Of a stretch of 64,000 bases of DNA, positions 1 to 9,991 are shown piece after piece. Where the stretch lies: positions 26,773 to 90,772 of IMG/VR virus record IMGVR_UViG_3300010157_000047; one strand, given 5' to 3'. The stretch's first letter is position 1. Each line of letters begins with the position of its first letter. The position numbers were made by a program, and so were the translations under genes. This DNA is from a virus. The notes beneath the pieces were generated by a model that was not told the origin of the DNA, ran no database searches, and saw only the letters and a program-made list of their open reading frames with translations.

Positions 1-2
1 TT

Positions 3-194
3 GAAGGCTATCCGTCATTTTATGATAGAGAATTAATAGAAACATCAGCTGGAGCAGCAGAAGTTTATTTTCTACCAAGAGATCATGGAAGAGAATATGA
101 AAGATATCCTAGAGTAACAAAAACAAATAATTCCTATGATTGGGTAAATCATATAAAAAGAGTTAGAAATTCAAAATTCCATGAAAATGATTAA
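3..194 (+). CDS. Gamma-glutamyl cyclotransferase (AIG2/GGCT-like), C-terminal part; truncated at the window edge and missing from the ORF track
   Basis: Frame 3 reads EGYPSFYDRELIETSAGAAEVYFLP...FHEND*. This matches the GGCT (L)EGYP..Y.R..I.T..G.A.VY motif containing the catalytic Glu, and it sits directly upstream of the ATP-grasp/amidoligase cluster. Confidence 0.75.
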   Translation, partial: EGYPSFYDRELIETSAGAAEVYFLPRDHGREYERYPRVTKTNNSYDWVNHIKRVRNSKFHEND

Positions 195-423
195 ATATAG
201 AATAGATATGTATAGAAAGTTAGCATCTTCACCTATTGAAACACCAGTATTTTTTAGGTCTCAATTTGTTACTATCTCCAAAGATAAAGAATTATCAGAT
301 ATTGTTAGTTTATTGGGCAACTATCAGCCGTCAAGACTGCAAGATGATGAATATGATTATGTATCGTCAGATGGTGCATTATCAATAAAGGAATATAATG
401 AAGATTTAAAAAAATACGTATGA
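181..423 (+). CDS. Hypothetical protein (80 aa)
   Basis: ORF overlaps both neighbours in operon fashion; no recognisable motif. Confidence 0.6.
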   Translation: MKMIKYRIDMYRKLASSPIETPVFFRSQFVTISKDKELSDIVSLLGNYQPSRLQDDEYDYVSSDGALSIKEYNEDLKKYV

Positions 424-1208
424 GTTATCCTGTAAAATTAAGAACTAAAAATCATAGTGCTAATGGATTAAAAAATCTATTAAAAACTATACGTACTACC
501 AAGCCATTTGTTGTAAGGCTTGGTAGTAGAACTCCTATTGAAATCATATTCCCTAAATCACATGCAAAGGCAATAGAAATCAATACTGTTCAATCAATTG
601 AAAATAGTAGGAATAAATTGCTTATGAAAGATTGCTTTAAGGAATTAGAAGTATCACAATCTAATTGGTGGAAAGGACCGCATATTGACATAGAATTTTC
701 AGAACCTAGATTTCCATTATTAGTGAAAAAGATATATGGATTTAAAGGGAAAGGGATGGTAAAGCTGGACAATGAAGAGCAATATCATGAATATGCTAAT
801 TCAACATATATAAATGATTGCTATTTTGAAGAATATAAAAACTTTGGTAAAGAATATAGAATTCATGCAACACAAGATGAAGTATTTTTATCTTGGAGAA
901 AAATGAGGAAACTTGAAGCTGAAGAAAAATGGTTTTTTAATTCTACAAATTGTAATTGGATATCTGAAGATAATGAGCTATTTGAAAAACCTGAAATATG
1001 GGATCTAATGTGCCAACATGCAATTAAGGCAATTAAATCTACTGGATTAAATATTGGTGCAGTAGATGTTAGATGCAAAATGAATCCTAAAAATGAATCG
1101 GACTTTATTGTATGTGAAGTAAATAGTGCACCAGAACTTGGTGAAGTAGGAACAATTAAATATTTTGAAATATTAATTAAAATAATTAAAAATCATGATT
1201 CCAATTAG
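420..1208 (+). CDS. ATP-grasp ligase (RimK/YheCD-like, phiEco32-type)
   Basis: VVRLGS, NKLLMK, FPLLVKK..G.KGKGM, KEYRIH, GLNIGAVDV and CEVNSAPELG (ExN metal motif). Confidence 0.9.
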   Translation: MSYPVKLRTKNHSANGLKNLLKTIRTTKPFVVRLGSRTPIEIIFPKSHAKAIEINTVQSIENSRNKLLMKDCFKELEVSQSNWWKGPHIDIEFSEPRFPLLVKKIYGFKGKGMVKLDNEEQYHEYANSTYINDCYFEEYKNFGKEYRIHATQDEVFLSWRKMRKLEAEEKWFFNSTNCNWISEDNELFEKPEIWDLMCQHAIKAIKSTGLNIGAVDVRCKMNPKNESDFIVCEVNSAPELGEVGTIKYFEILIKIIKNHDSN

Positions 1209-2367
1209 TTATACATTAAATAAATATTTGAATGAAAATGAAACCATTAAAAATTATTTTAATGTAACTGGATGTACTGAATATCCAGCTAAAGATTTCA
1301 GAGTATTAGAATATGTATCATTTCCCTTTTATATACTTAATAATGAAACATATAAAGAATTAGCAAGAGATGTTAAATTATTACTAGGACATACATATAC
1401 TAAAAAGAAATATATGATTGAATGCTTAAAAATGATTGACAGCATTTTTAAAGACATGAAAGATAAAGATGGCAATCAATTTTTTAGACTATATAAATTC
1501 GAGGATTTAAAAAATAATATAAAAAAAATAACAAAAAATAACTGTAATTTAGTATTAACTGATAATAAAATTAATAGTCAGAATATATTAGGAAGGACAA
1601 TTAATGAAACATCATTTAAGGATAATGATCCAGTTGGAATATTAACAGATTGCTACAATATTAGAAAATATTTTGATTGTAGAATTAAAATTGATAATTC
1701 ACCAGAAAAACCAGGTGATTGCAGAAAAGTTCAATTTGCACATACTGCATTAAGGCTTATATATTGCAATAATTATAATATTATGCTGTATGCATTAACA
1801 TTATATAAAAAATATAAAATTTCAGCTTATTATGCATTATGGTTGGCTTATAATCTTAAATATTCATGTAATTCAGATAATTCTAATTATGGTGATTTAT
1901 TTAAATTTAATGATTCATTTTCAACAGAGAAAATATTTGGAAAAAGATTTGAAGATAAAAAATTAATATATTCCGTACAATCTCATTTTGATTCTGAAAA
2001 ATCTGAATTTTATGAATATACAAAAAATAAATTTAAAAATAAAATATTTGAATCTAATAAATCAATAACTGAATTTATAACTGGACATAATAATTTTTCT
2101 CATGAATTAATTATTAAATCATTATCTAAATTAGATCTTTCAGATAAAATAAAAGATCTATATAATAAAGGCAAAGAATCAATTGAAGATATTGATGAAA
2201 AAGTTAATTTTAAATTTAATGATCAATTATTTAATTCAACAATTGTTAATGTTAAATACAAAGGTATAATCATAAGAGGCGAAAAATTAAATAGAATAAT
2301 TTTTAAAGATGAAAATGAAATAGTGTTATCAGTATTACAAAATAGTAAATTTATACAAATTATTTAA
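1195..2367 (+). CDS. Hypothetical protein (390 aa) inside the ligase cluster
   Basis: Long ORF translationally coupled to its neighbours; no motif recognised. Confidence 0.7.
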   Translation: MIPISYTLNKYLNENETIKNYFNVTGCTEYPAKDFRVLEYVSFPFYILNNETYKELARDVKLLLGHTYTKKKYMIECLKMIDSIFKDMKDKDGNQFFRLYKFEDLKNNIKKITKNNCNLVLTDNKINSQNILGRTINETSFKDNDPVGILTDCYNIRKYFDCRIKIDNSPEKPGDCRKVQFAHTALRLIYCNNYNIMLYALTLYKKYKISAYYALWLAYNLKYSCNSDNSNYGDLFKFNDSFSTEKIFGKRFEDKKLIYSVQSHFDSEKSEFYEYTKNKFKNKIFESNKSITEFITGHNNFSHELIIKSLSKLDLSDKIKDLYNKGKESIEDIDEKVNFKFNDQLFNSTIVNVKYKGIIIRGEKLNRIIFKDENEIVLSVLQNSKFIQII

Positions 2368-2368
2368 T

Positions 2369-3136
2369 ATGGAATTTTCAATAGGTAGTGACCCAGAAGC
2401 ATTTATTATCAATAATAATAGTGGGCTAGTAGTATCATCTAAAAGATTTACAGATGGTACAAAATCAAAACCAGAAGATTTAGGCAATGGTTATGCATTA
2501 TTAAATGATAATATTTTAATAGAAGGAAATGTTCCTCCTGCTAATAATAAGTATCAATTCTTAGATAATATGGCACATTTATGGAAAACTATGAATCATA
2601 GAGCTAGCGAGAGAAATGCTCATATTCATAATTCTGATTGTGAAGAAATATCTAATGCTTTAATGGAAACAGAAGAAGCAAAAGAATTCGGCTGTTCATC
2701 ATTTAATGATGCATGGAATGATTCATTTGAAATTGATACTCCTCAATTAAATGGCAATAATAGACCAGCTGGATGCCATATTCATATAGGATTAGACAAT
2801 GCCTCAGAAAGCCTTAAAATGGCCATAGTTAGATCATTTGATATGTTTGTAACACTACCAGCATTAGAGATAACTGGTATGAATTACAGAACATCAAATC
2901 TATACGGATTATTAGGTGCTTGCAGGATTAAATCTTATGGTGTTGAATGTAGGTCTTTAGGTGGCACATTTTTTAATCCTCAATATTTTGGATGGATATA
3001 TGACAATGTAAAAATAGCTGTTAATTATGCAGCTGAAAATGAAGAATTACTGTTAAATATGCCAAATATTACATCTTACATTGGAGAAGAAAGAATAAAA
3101 ATTGTAAAGAATTATAAAAAATTATTCATTAATTAA
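2369..3136 (+). CDS. Phage phiEco32-like COOH-NH2 ligase type 2
   Basis: IGSDPE, DNILIEGN, FGC, RPAGCHIHIG and YGLLGACRIKSYGVECRSL motifs of the glutamine-synthetase-like COOH-NH2 ligase fold. Confidence 0.9.
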   Translation: MEFSIGSDPEAFIINNNSGLVVSSKRFTDGTKSKPEDLGNGYALLNDNILIEGNVPPANNKYQFLDNMAHLWKTMNHRASERNAHIHNSDCEEISNALMETEEAKEFGCSSFNDAWNDSFEIDTPQLNGNNRPAGCHIHIGLDNASESLKMAIVRSFDMFVTLPALEITGMNYRTSNLYGLLGACRIKSYGVECRSLGGTFFNPQYFGWIYDNVKIAVNYAAENEELLLNMPNITSYIGEERIKIVKNYKKLFIN

Positions 3137-3145
3137 TAGTTATAT

Positions 3146-5002
3146 ATGTGTGGACTATGGGGCTTTAGCTCTACAAATAAAAAAAACTGGGATCCATTGA
3201 ATCGCTTTAAATTTGAATTATTAGGCATTCAAATGGATTCCAGAGGGGGAGATGGTTGCGGTATAGCATATGATGGATTTGTGTTAAAGTCTGAAGAAAT
3301 AAAAAAGTTTGATGATTTATTCAGAATCAATGATTTGATGCCAATTTCATTGAAATATCCAGCAATAATCGGCCATGATAGAAAAGCTTCAGTAGGTGAA
3401 AAATCATATGAAAATACTCAACCAATATTTTTCACTGAAAAAGGAAATGCCGAGGATGAAATATCATCAATATTAGCACACAATGGAACGCTATATAATC
3501 ATCAAGAATTATATGATAAGCATAAAGCAGAAATACATTATGGATTAGATACATCTAAAATGTCTGATAGTCAAATGCTTGCACTATTAATTGAAAAAGT
3601 TGGTTGGTCAATACTTAATGAATATATTGGTACAGCTGCAATATTATATATGAATGCCAATGAAAATGGTGTAATATATGCTTATCATGGTAAGTCTCCC
3701 ACAAGAAAAGATTTTGCAGAGACAGAAGAAAGACCTTTATATTATTGCATAGATCAAGATAATATATGGTTTTGCAGTACTAAAACAGCATTAAGAGTAA
3801 TTGTTAAAGATGAGAAATTAATAGAGGAATTACCATTTAATAAAGTATTTAAAATTATTGGCAATTCTATGACTGAAGTTTTTGATGTCAATAGAAGTAA
3901 TTCATTTCAAATTGAAACTATTGTTAAAGAATATCCTAAATCATTTCCAACAAGAAGTGAATATTCTATTCCAGGATATAAATATGGATATAATTATGGA
4001 TACAATTATGGATATGGATATGATGATGATATATATGATGAAACATTATCTACTAGAAATAAATCAAATAACAATACAAATCAATTAAAATTAGCATATA
4101 ATACAGTTGAAACTCCATTATTTAATGATGTTAAACCAACTTATTATCCAGTAAATACTTGTTATTGGGATAGGGGATTATATTATAGTGATGCAAAATT
4201 GCTGCATGGAATGGTGGCAATGAATAAATCTGGCGTAATTCAACATAATAAAGATAGAATAAAAAGTGAAAATTATTGTTTTTATTTCTGGAATGGAAAT
4301 TTAATAAATAAAAGAACTGATTTTATTAAAGCAACATATTATTATGAAGACTATGTAAATACTATTTCACCAAAGCAAATGTTGATTGATATCTCACAAT
4401 ATTTTGCATTTCCATATAAAATACCGTCAGAAATTGGTGGAGACGATAATATATTGTATGAAGGAGGATCTAAAGTAACAAATTCTAAATTTAATGGGCA
4501 TATTCATCCATTATTTACCACTAAAAAGTTAACATTTAGAGATGGAACATTAATAGATTTATTACTTAATAATTCATATGAAAAATTAAATAATGTTATT
4601 AATTTATCTGATACATGGCCAGAAGAATTTATTGAATGGGAAAAATCGCATTTAATTGAAATGAAAGATATTCAAAATGAAATGATTAAATCCAGTAAGA
4701 TAAATAAAGAAAGCTATGAATGTCCAGAATGCATGGGTAATGGAGGCGGAATAGAAGATGTATGCGAAATGTGTAATGGAGACGGAATAGTTGCTAATGA
4801 TATTATTATTGATGCTATGAAATATATTGTAGGAATGCAAGATGATGTAACAATACTTGCGGAAAGTGCAAAAATTGCAATTGCAATAAATAACATAGCA
4901 GATATGGGAATATCTATCCTGGAAGAGCCTAATGCGTCCGTATTAGGAAGTGAAATGTTATCTAAATTATATACAATTAAAGAATGTTTAGCAAATGATT
5001 GA
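3146..5002 (+). CDS. Class II (Ntn) glutamine amidotransferase with a C-terminal extension and CxxCxGxG zinc finger
   Basis: N-terminal MCGLWG, RGGDGCG, IGHDRKAS, AHNGTL, SDSQ, ERPLY; CPECMGNG...CEMCNGDG near the C-terminus. Confidence 0.9.
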   Translation: MCGLWGFSSTNKKNWDPLNRFKFELLGIQMDSRGGDGCGIAYDGFVLKSEEIKKFDDLFRINDLMPISLKYPAIIGHDRKASVGEKSYENTQPIFFTEKGNAEDEISSILAHNGTLYNHQELYDKHKAEIHYGLDTSKMSDSQMLALLIEKVGWSILNEYIGTAAILYMNANENGVIYAYHGKSPTRKDFAETEERPLYYCIDQDNIWFCSTKTALRVIVKDEKLIEELPFNKVFKIIGNSMTEVFDVNRSNSFQIETIVKEYPKSFPTRSEYSIPGYKYGYNYGYNYGYGYDDDIYDETLSTRNKSNNNTNQLKLAYNTVETPLFNDVKPTYYPVNTCYWDRGLYYSDAKLLHGMVAMNKSGVIQHNKDRIKSENYCFYFWNGNLINKRTDFIKATYYYEDYVNTISPKQMLIDISQYFAFPYKIPSEIGGDDNILYEGGSKVTNSKFNGHIHPLFTTKKLTFRDGTLIDLLLNNSYEKLNNVINLSDTWPEEFIEWEKSHLIEMKDIQNEMIKSSKINKESYECPECMGNGGGIEDVCEMCNGDGIVANDIIIDAMKYIVGMQDDVTILAESAKIAIAINNIADMGISILEEPNASVLGSEMLSKLYTIKECLAND

Positions 5003-6560
5003 TTCAACAATAACAACATATGATGGTCATGAAGAGCATAAAGATCATTGTGTATTTATAAGAGGTAAATATTACCATAAAGAAAGGGATTGCACTTATT
5101 ATGAAGGAACATATTATTCGCCATTTAGTAGATATTTAGTATTAGATAATGAAACAAATAAAAAAGTTCATTCATTAAATGCTAAATTAAATTTTGGTGT
5201 AATAAATTATATAAATGGCAAATATATACTTGGATATTATTCTAAGAATATAATAAAGAATTGCAATTTATATCTTCCTACAAAAATAAATACTGAAGAA
5301 TTTAATAATATTATTTCAGAAATATCTTCCAGTAATCAAAATAGCATAGTAAGTGATAATATTCATCAGAATATTTTTATTGACATAATGGGTAATTCAT
5401 TTGTTACAACTACAAGTACTGATGATATTATAGAATATATTAATTGTGAAAGATTGGTAAAATGTATGGACATTAATAAATTCATCAATAATGAAACTAT
5501 CTTATCAATGAATTGCGATTCCTTATGCAATATTAATGATATAAAATCTTACAATAAATTTTACATTGATTTTAATAAAATATCTGCCATTACTCCATAT
5601 GATTTTAATTTATCATATAATTCAGAAACTATGATGCAGACATTTCAATCATCATTTGAAAATAATAAATTCAATATGAGTGAAAATTCTAAATCATTAA
5701 GTAAATATATTAAAGATTTTACATTTGGTGTTGAATATGAAACTTGGGATGGTAGAATTCCAACATATCTATGTGCAACTAATGGACTCATACCTGTCAG
5801 AGATGGTAGTTTACGTCATGATGGAATATGTGGATTTGAATATGCATCAGTAATAATGAATGGTTTAACTGGGTTAAACGCTATAAAATCTCAATGTGAA
5901 GCATTAAATAAATATACAATATTCAATGAAAAATGCTCAATGCATATACATGTTGGCAATATAGAACGAACAAAAGATAATTTAATAAAATTATACCAAG
6001 CATTTTACAGTATTCAAGATTCAATATATTCAATGTTTCCATCTTGTTTAAAACATACTAGTGAATATAAGCTTAAAGATTATTGTTCTCCTCTTCCATT
6101 AATGCCAGATGATGAAAATGCAATTGTAAAATGGCTTAGCGATGAAACAGAGTTATTTAAGCATTTTGGAAGAAATCATCCAAGAGATATAAATTCTCAA
6201 TCCAAATGGCATATTAATTCAAGATATTCAATATGTAATTTAAACAATTTCTATTATACTGATAGGGGTACTGTTGAGCTTAGAATATCAACCCCTACGT
6301 TTAATCATAATAAAGTTGTTGCATTATTATTATTGGTATGTTTAATAGTAGATGAAGCTATAAATAATAAATTTTACAGTACTGTTGAAGAATTAATAAA
6401 TGCTACTATGGATGGTAATGAAAAAGATTGGATGATAAATTACATTAAGTTTAGGCAAGATAATCTTTCATTATTTAAAAAAGATGAAAATGGAAATGTT
6501 AAATATTTTGAAACAATGAAAAATGATAATGAAACAGGAAACGACGGAGACATTGCTTAA
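4995..6560 (+). CDS. Putative amidoligase (Amidoligase_2-like)
   Basis: TFGVEYET, RDGSL, GFEYAS, CSMHIHVG, RYSICN and GTVELR motifs. Confidence 0.88.
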   Translation: MIDSTITTYDGHEEHKDHCVFIRGKYYHKERDCTYYEGTYYSPFSRYLVLDNETNKKVHSLNAKLNFGVINYINGKYILGYYSKNIIKNCNLYLPTKINTEEFNNIISEISSSNQNSIVSDNIHQNIFIDIMGNSFVTTTSTDDIIEYINCERLVKCMDINKFINNETILSMNCDSLCNINDIKSYNKFYIDFNKISAITPYDFNLSYNSETMMQTFQSSFENNKFNMSENSKSLSKYIKDFTFGVEYETWDGRIPTYLCATNGLIPVRDGSLRHDGICGFEYASVIMNGLTGLNAIKSQCEALNKYTIFNEKCSMHIHVGNIERTKDNLIKLYQAFYSIQDSIYSMFPSCLKHTSEYKLKDYCSPLPLMPDDENAIVKWLSDETELFKHFGRNHPRDINSQSKWHINSRYSICNLNNFYYTDRGTVELRISTPTFNHNKVVALLLLVCLIVDEAINNKFYSTVEELINATMDGNEKDWMINYIKFRQDNLSLFKKDENGNVKYFETMKNDNETGNDGDIA

Positions 6561-7257
6561 AAAGCTATATATAAGTCAGGATTTAATAATGGATTTGACA
6601 TCATTTGGTTATCAGGGACATTTAATATCAGATTTCTATTTAGAAGAAGATGTTAGAATAGCCATTTCCGCATTAAATACAATTCATATGCATGAGGAAA
6701 TGTATCCTTCATTACCATTTTTGCCATTTTCATTTTGCGATATAAATGATGTAAAATGTGTTATTATTGGTGGAATGCCCAATATGTCTAATATTGAAAA
6801 ATGGACTGGGAGTGCATATTCTTATGATATTAAGAATCATAAAACTCTGTTTCATAATAAAGTAATAAAAGATCTTAATAAAGGAATTCCATATTTTAAG
6901 GATGTAGAATCAGATAATTATAGATTGCAAGATTCTGGCATTCTTATGCTTCATGAAACAATGTCTGTTAGCAGAAATAATTTTATGTCATGTGCTACAT
7001 TTTGGACGCCAATTATTTTTAGATTATTAAATTATATATCTATTAATGATGCAAGCGTTCCAATTGTATTTACAACAAAATCTGCTAAAGAAACATACAG
7101 ACTTGCTGTATTACTTTCTGAAAATGTATTTTCATTAAATTTAAAAGATGCAGATAGCATATCTGAAAATCCATTTATATTTAACGCAATACAGGTTGCA
7201 ATAAATAATAAACGAGGTAAAGATAAAGTTGATTTATTAAAATTAATAAGTATATGA
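6523..7257 (+). CDS. Uracil-DNA glycosylase-like protein with degenerate catalytic motifs
   Basis: DVKCVIIGGMPN (cf. family-1 UDG VKVVILGQDPY), GSAYS, SGILMLHETMSV (cf. QGVLLLNTVLTV), FWTP and NPFIFN; no HPSP motif. Confidence 0.65.
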   Translation: MIMKQETTETLLKKLYISQDLIMDLTSFGYQGHLISDFYLEEDVRIAISALNTIHMHEEMYPSLPFLPFSFCDINDVKCVIIGGMPNMSNIEKWTGSAYSYDIKNHKTLFHNKVIKDLNKGIPYFKDVESDNYRLQDSGILMLHETMSVSRNNFMSCATFWTPIIFRLLNYISINDASVPIVFTTKSAKETYRLAVLLSENVFSLNLKDADSISENPFIFNAIQVAINNKRGKDKVDLLKLISI

Positions 7258-8303
7258 TTATAAATAAACAATATTTAGAAGGATTACAATCATTTAAGAC
7301 TGAGGGGGAGTATAGAGATTCCCCCTCTCTTAATTATTCAACATTAAAAAGAATACCAGAAGGGCCACAATGCTTAGTTGAAGAAAAAATAGAACATGCC
7401 AGAGATGCTTTTGCTGTTGGAAATTATGTAGATAGATGGTTTACAGATAATAATTCAATAAATGACATATATGAGCTTGAAAAACCTAAAATTGAGCTCA
7501 ATGCATCATTAAATGTATTGTATTCATTTTTCATTGAATCTGGTGAAATCATTGATGTGCCATCATTAGATACTTGTGTTGAAGTTGCAAGACAATTAAA
7601 ATTATGGGATTCTATTAAAGATGATGAAAAGATTAAAACTAGAATAACGGATGAATTTTTTAATAAGATTAATCAATACAATGAAAAATCTAATAAAATT
7701 CAATTAACTGAAGATCAATATGCACAAGCACAATCATCTATTCAAAATATTGAGAAAAATGAAGATGCTTTAAAATTAATATCTGAGAAAGAAGATCAAT
7801 TTATAATTCCACAATTTAAATGGGAATTTGAAATGATTGTTCCAAGTGGTAGAATACATAAATTTAGGGTTATGTATGATTTATTATGCTTTGATATTAA
7901 GAATGGAACAATATCTGCAATTGATATTAAAACTGGAGCTAAAGAGTCTCATAAATTTGGGGAACAATTTTTAGAATACAGGTATGACATACAAGGCATA
8001 TTGTATTATTTTGGATTATTAGCTCTTAGGAAGCAACATTTCCCAAATTGGGATAACATCAAGCCTTCTGCATTTAAGTTCCTTTATTCGCCTAAAAAAA
8101 GCAATAGATCTCCAATTATAGTATCATTAACAGATACATTTATTAAAATGTATGGAGATTTATTAAATTGTGGAAATAAAAAGCAAGATGGATTTTTCAA
8201 AATACTAGATGATGCAGATTGGTACATTGAAAATTGTATATTTGATAAGCATAGAATTATTGCAGAATCAAAAGAATCTATAGAAATTGATAAATTAATT
8301 TAA
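7254..8303 (+). CDS. PD-(D/E)XK exonuclease (RecE/ExoVIII-like, crAss-type)
   Basis: LNYSTLK, FAVGNYVD, MYDLL...IDIKTG and YRYDIQGILY motifs. Confidence 0.8.
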   Translation: MIINKQYLEGLQSFKTEGEYRDSPSLNYSTLKRIPEGPQCLVEEKIEHARDAFAVGNYVDRWFTDNNSINDIYELEKPKIELNASLNVLYSFFIESGEIIDVPSLDTCVEVARQLKLWDSIKDDEKIKTRITDEFFNKINQYNEKSNKIQLTEDQYAQAQSSIQNIEKNEDALKLISEKEDQFIIPQFKWEFEMIVPSGRIHKFRVMYDLLCFDIKNGTISAIDIKTGAKESHKFGEQFLEYRYDIQGILYYFGLLALRKQHFPNWDNIKPSAFKFLYSPKKSNRSPIIVSLTDTFIKMYGDLLNCGNKKQDGFFKILDDADWYIENCIFDKHRIIAESKESIEIDKLI

Positions 8304-8304
8304 C

Positions 8305-9075
8305 ATGAATGTAGATTCAATTATAGAACTTTATCCGCATATTGAAAAATTAATAGGTGGAAGATATCCATTTGCACTAGGAGGATATCCAGCATTAGTT
8401 AAACAAGGAATATTAAAAGAATCTAGAGAGACAAAAGATGTAGATTTATGCGTATTTACAAATAGAGACTATCAAAGTGGAGGAGCAATAAGCTATTTTA
8501 ATCATAACTTACATATCAACTTGGAAAATTGGAATAATTATTTTAAAAAAACATTAGAAGATAATGTAAATTATGAAATACAAATTGAAGACAATAGTTT
8601 TTCATTAAATTCAGAAAAATCAGTTAAAGATCAAAAAGATAAATTATTATTATTATTAGGAATAGATAAAATGGCAACTATATCATTAATTAGAAACGTT
8701 AATAGCCTGAAAAATAAGATAGTATATAATGCATCTGAAATGACTAGTAAATATTTATTGAAAACTGCAATATTTTTTAATAAATTTTCTGAAATAAATG
8801 ACATTAATAAAATACAGTTTGATTTATTTTTCCTTAATTTTACAAAAATTAATAATTCAACAGTTATAATTGACGGAATAAGATATGTAGATTATTATGT
8901 TATATTAAAAGCTAAGTATGAATATTGTTTAAATAAATTAACTAATGATAAATCATTTGAAAAACATATAAATGATTTAAATGAATCTTTTAATATTGTT
9001 CATATTGATGGAGTTAATTTTCCTAAAAACGTAGATTTTTTAATTAAAAAGAGAGAAAATGAGAAAAATAAATGA
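8305..9075 (+). CDS. Nucleotidyltransferase-superfamily protein
   Basis: FALGGYPALVKQG...RETKDVDL (GG..AL / DxD signature) and C-terminal KHINDL. Confidence 0.65.
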   Translation: MNVDSIIELYPHIEKLIGGRYPFALGGYPALVKQGILKESRETKDVDLCVFTNRDYQSGGAISYFNHNLHINLENWNNYFKKTLEDNVNYEIQIEDNSFSLNSEKSVKDQKDKLLLLLGIDKMATISLIRNVNSLKNKIVYNASEMTSKYLLKTAIFFNKFSEINDINKIQFDLFFLNFTKINNSTVIIDGIRYVDYYVILKAKYEYCLNKLTNDKSFEKHINDLNESFNIVHIDGVNFPKNVDFLIKKRENEKNK

Positions 9076-9256
9076 GGAAATATTAATGAAACATTATAAA
9101 TGTTCATGGAGAAGTGAATTATATCAAGCAATTGCATTAAATCCTAATGTAGATCTTATATTGGACGCAATGGAAGAGGCTGGAAGAGAGGCAGTTGTAA
9201 GTTATTCAGATTATAAAACAGAAAATTCAACTAAAAATTATATTCATGAAAAATAA
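9059..9256 (+). CDS. Hypothetical protein (65 aa)
   Basis: Coupled ORF; ILDAMEE motif common in small phage proteins. Confidence 0.55.
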   Translation: MRKINEEILMKHYKCSWRSELYQAIALNPNVDLILDAMEEAGREAVVSYSDYKTENSTKNYIHEK

Positions 9257-9701
9257 ATCATTATCTTATATATTACCGCTAATTAAAGGATGGTCTGCGA
9301 AAGCAGATTGTCCTATTAATTGCTATTCAAACACAATAGTCCCAAATTCACTAACAGTTTCATACTATAAAAATTCAGAATATCATGAAGAAGGAATAAT
9401 AATAAGTGAAAATGATGAAATTATAAATATATCATATTTTATAATGGATGAATTTATACATGATTATAGAATTATATTAAAAGGTAATTATAGTAGAATT
9501 AGCGAAGAATGCAAACAGCTTATACTTGGAAGAACTCCCTCTATAACTGAATTTAGCAAAATAGAATCAGTATTTTATAAAACTAAAGGAAGAAAAAAGT
9601 ATTTAGAAAATAAATTAGGAATATTAAATATTGATGAATATACTAATGAATATGAAAGTAAATTTAATGAAAGTGAAATATTTAATTTAGAAGAAGCATG
9701 A
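9246..9701 (+). CDS. Conserved crAss-like hypothetical protein
   Basis: SYILPLI...DYRIILKGNYSRISEECKQLIL pattern, as recalled from the replication regions of crAss-like phages. Confidence 0.6.
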   Translation: MKNKSLSYILPLIKGWSAKADCPINCYSNTIVPNSLTVSYYKNSEYHEEGIIISENDEIINISYFIMDEFIHDYRIILKGNYSRISEECKQLILGRTPSITEFSKIESVFYKTKGRKKYLENKLGILNIDEYTNEYESKFNESEIFNLEEA

Positions 9702-9991
9702 TAGATAAAGCATTAAGATATAATAATGGAAAATTAGATTGGACATTATTAGACTTTAAATCTCTTGAGCCATTAGTAAAAGTTATGACTTACGGAGAAA
9801 AAAAGTATAATAGATTTAATTGGCAGAAACCATGTGATGATCCACGTCAGCATTTACAATCAGCAATGAGACATTTAGTAGCATTAATTAATAGCGAGGA
9901 ATTTGATGATGAATCTACAGAACGTCATACAGGCCATGTAATGGCAAATATGATGATGTATAACTTTCATACAAGGCATATAAATGAATGA
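9698..9991 (+). CDS. dATP/dGTP diphosphohydrolase domain protein (DUF5664-like)
   Basis: LRYNNGKLDWTLL, VMTYGEKKYNRFNW, SAMRHL, DDES...H..H...N. Confidence 0.85.
   Translation: MIDKALRYNNGKLDWTLLDFKSLEPLVKVMTYGEKKYNRFNWQKPCDDPRQHLQSAMRHLVALINSEEFDDESTERHTGHVMANMMMYNFHTRHINE

Noticed and set aside
9698-9991. 2-aminoadenine (Z) genome pathway
   Set aside because: No PurZ or DatZ-like gene in the window; the diphosphohydrolase alone is insufficient evidence.
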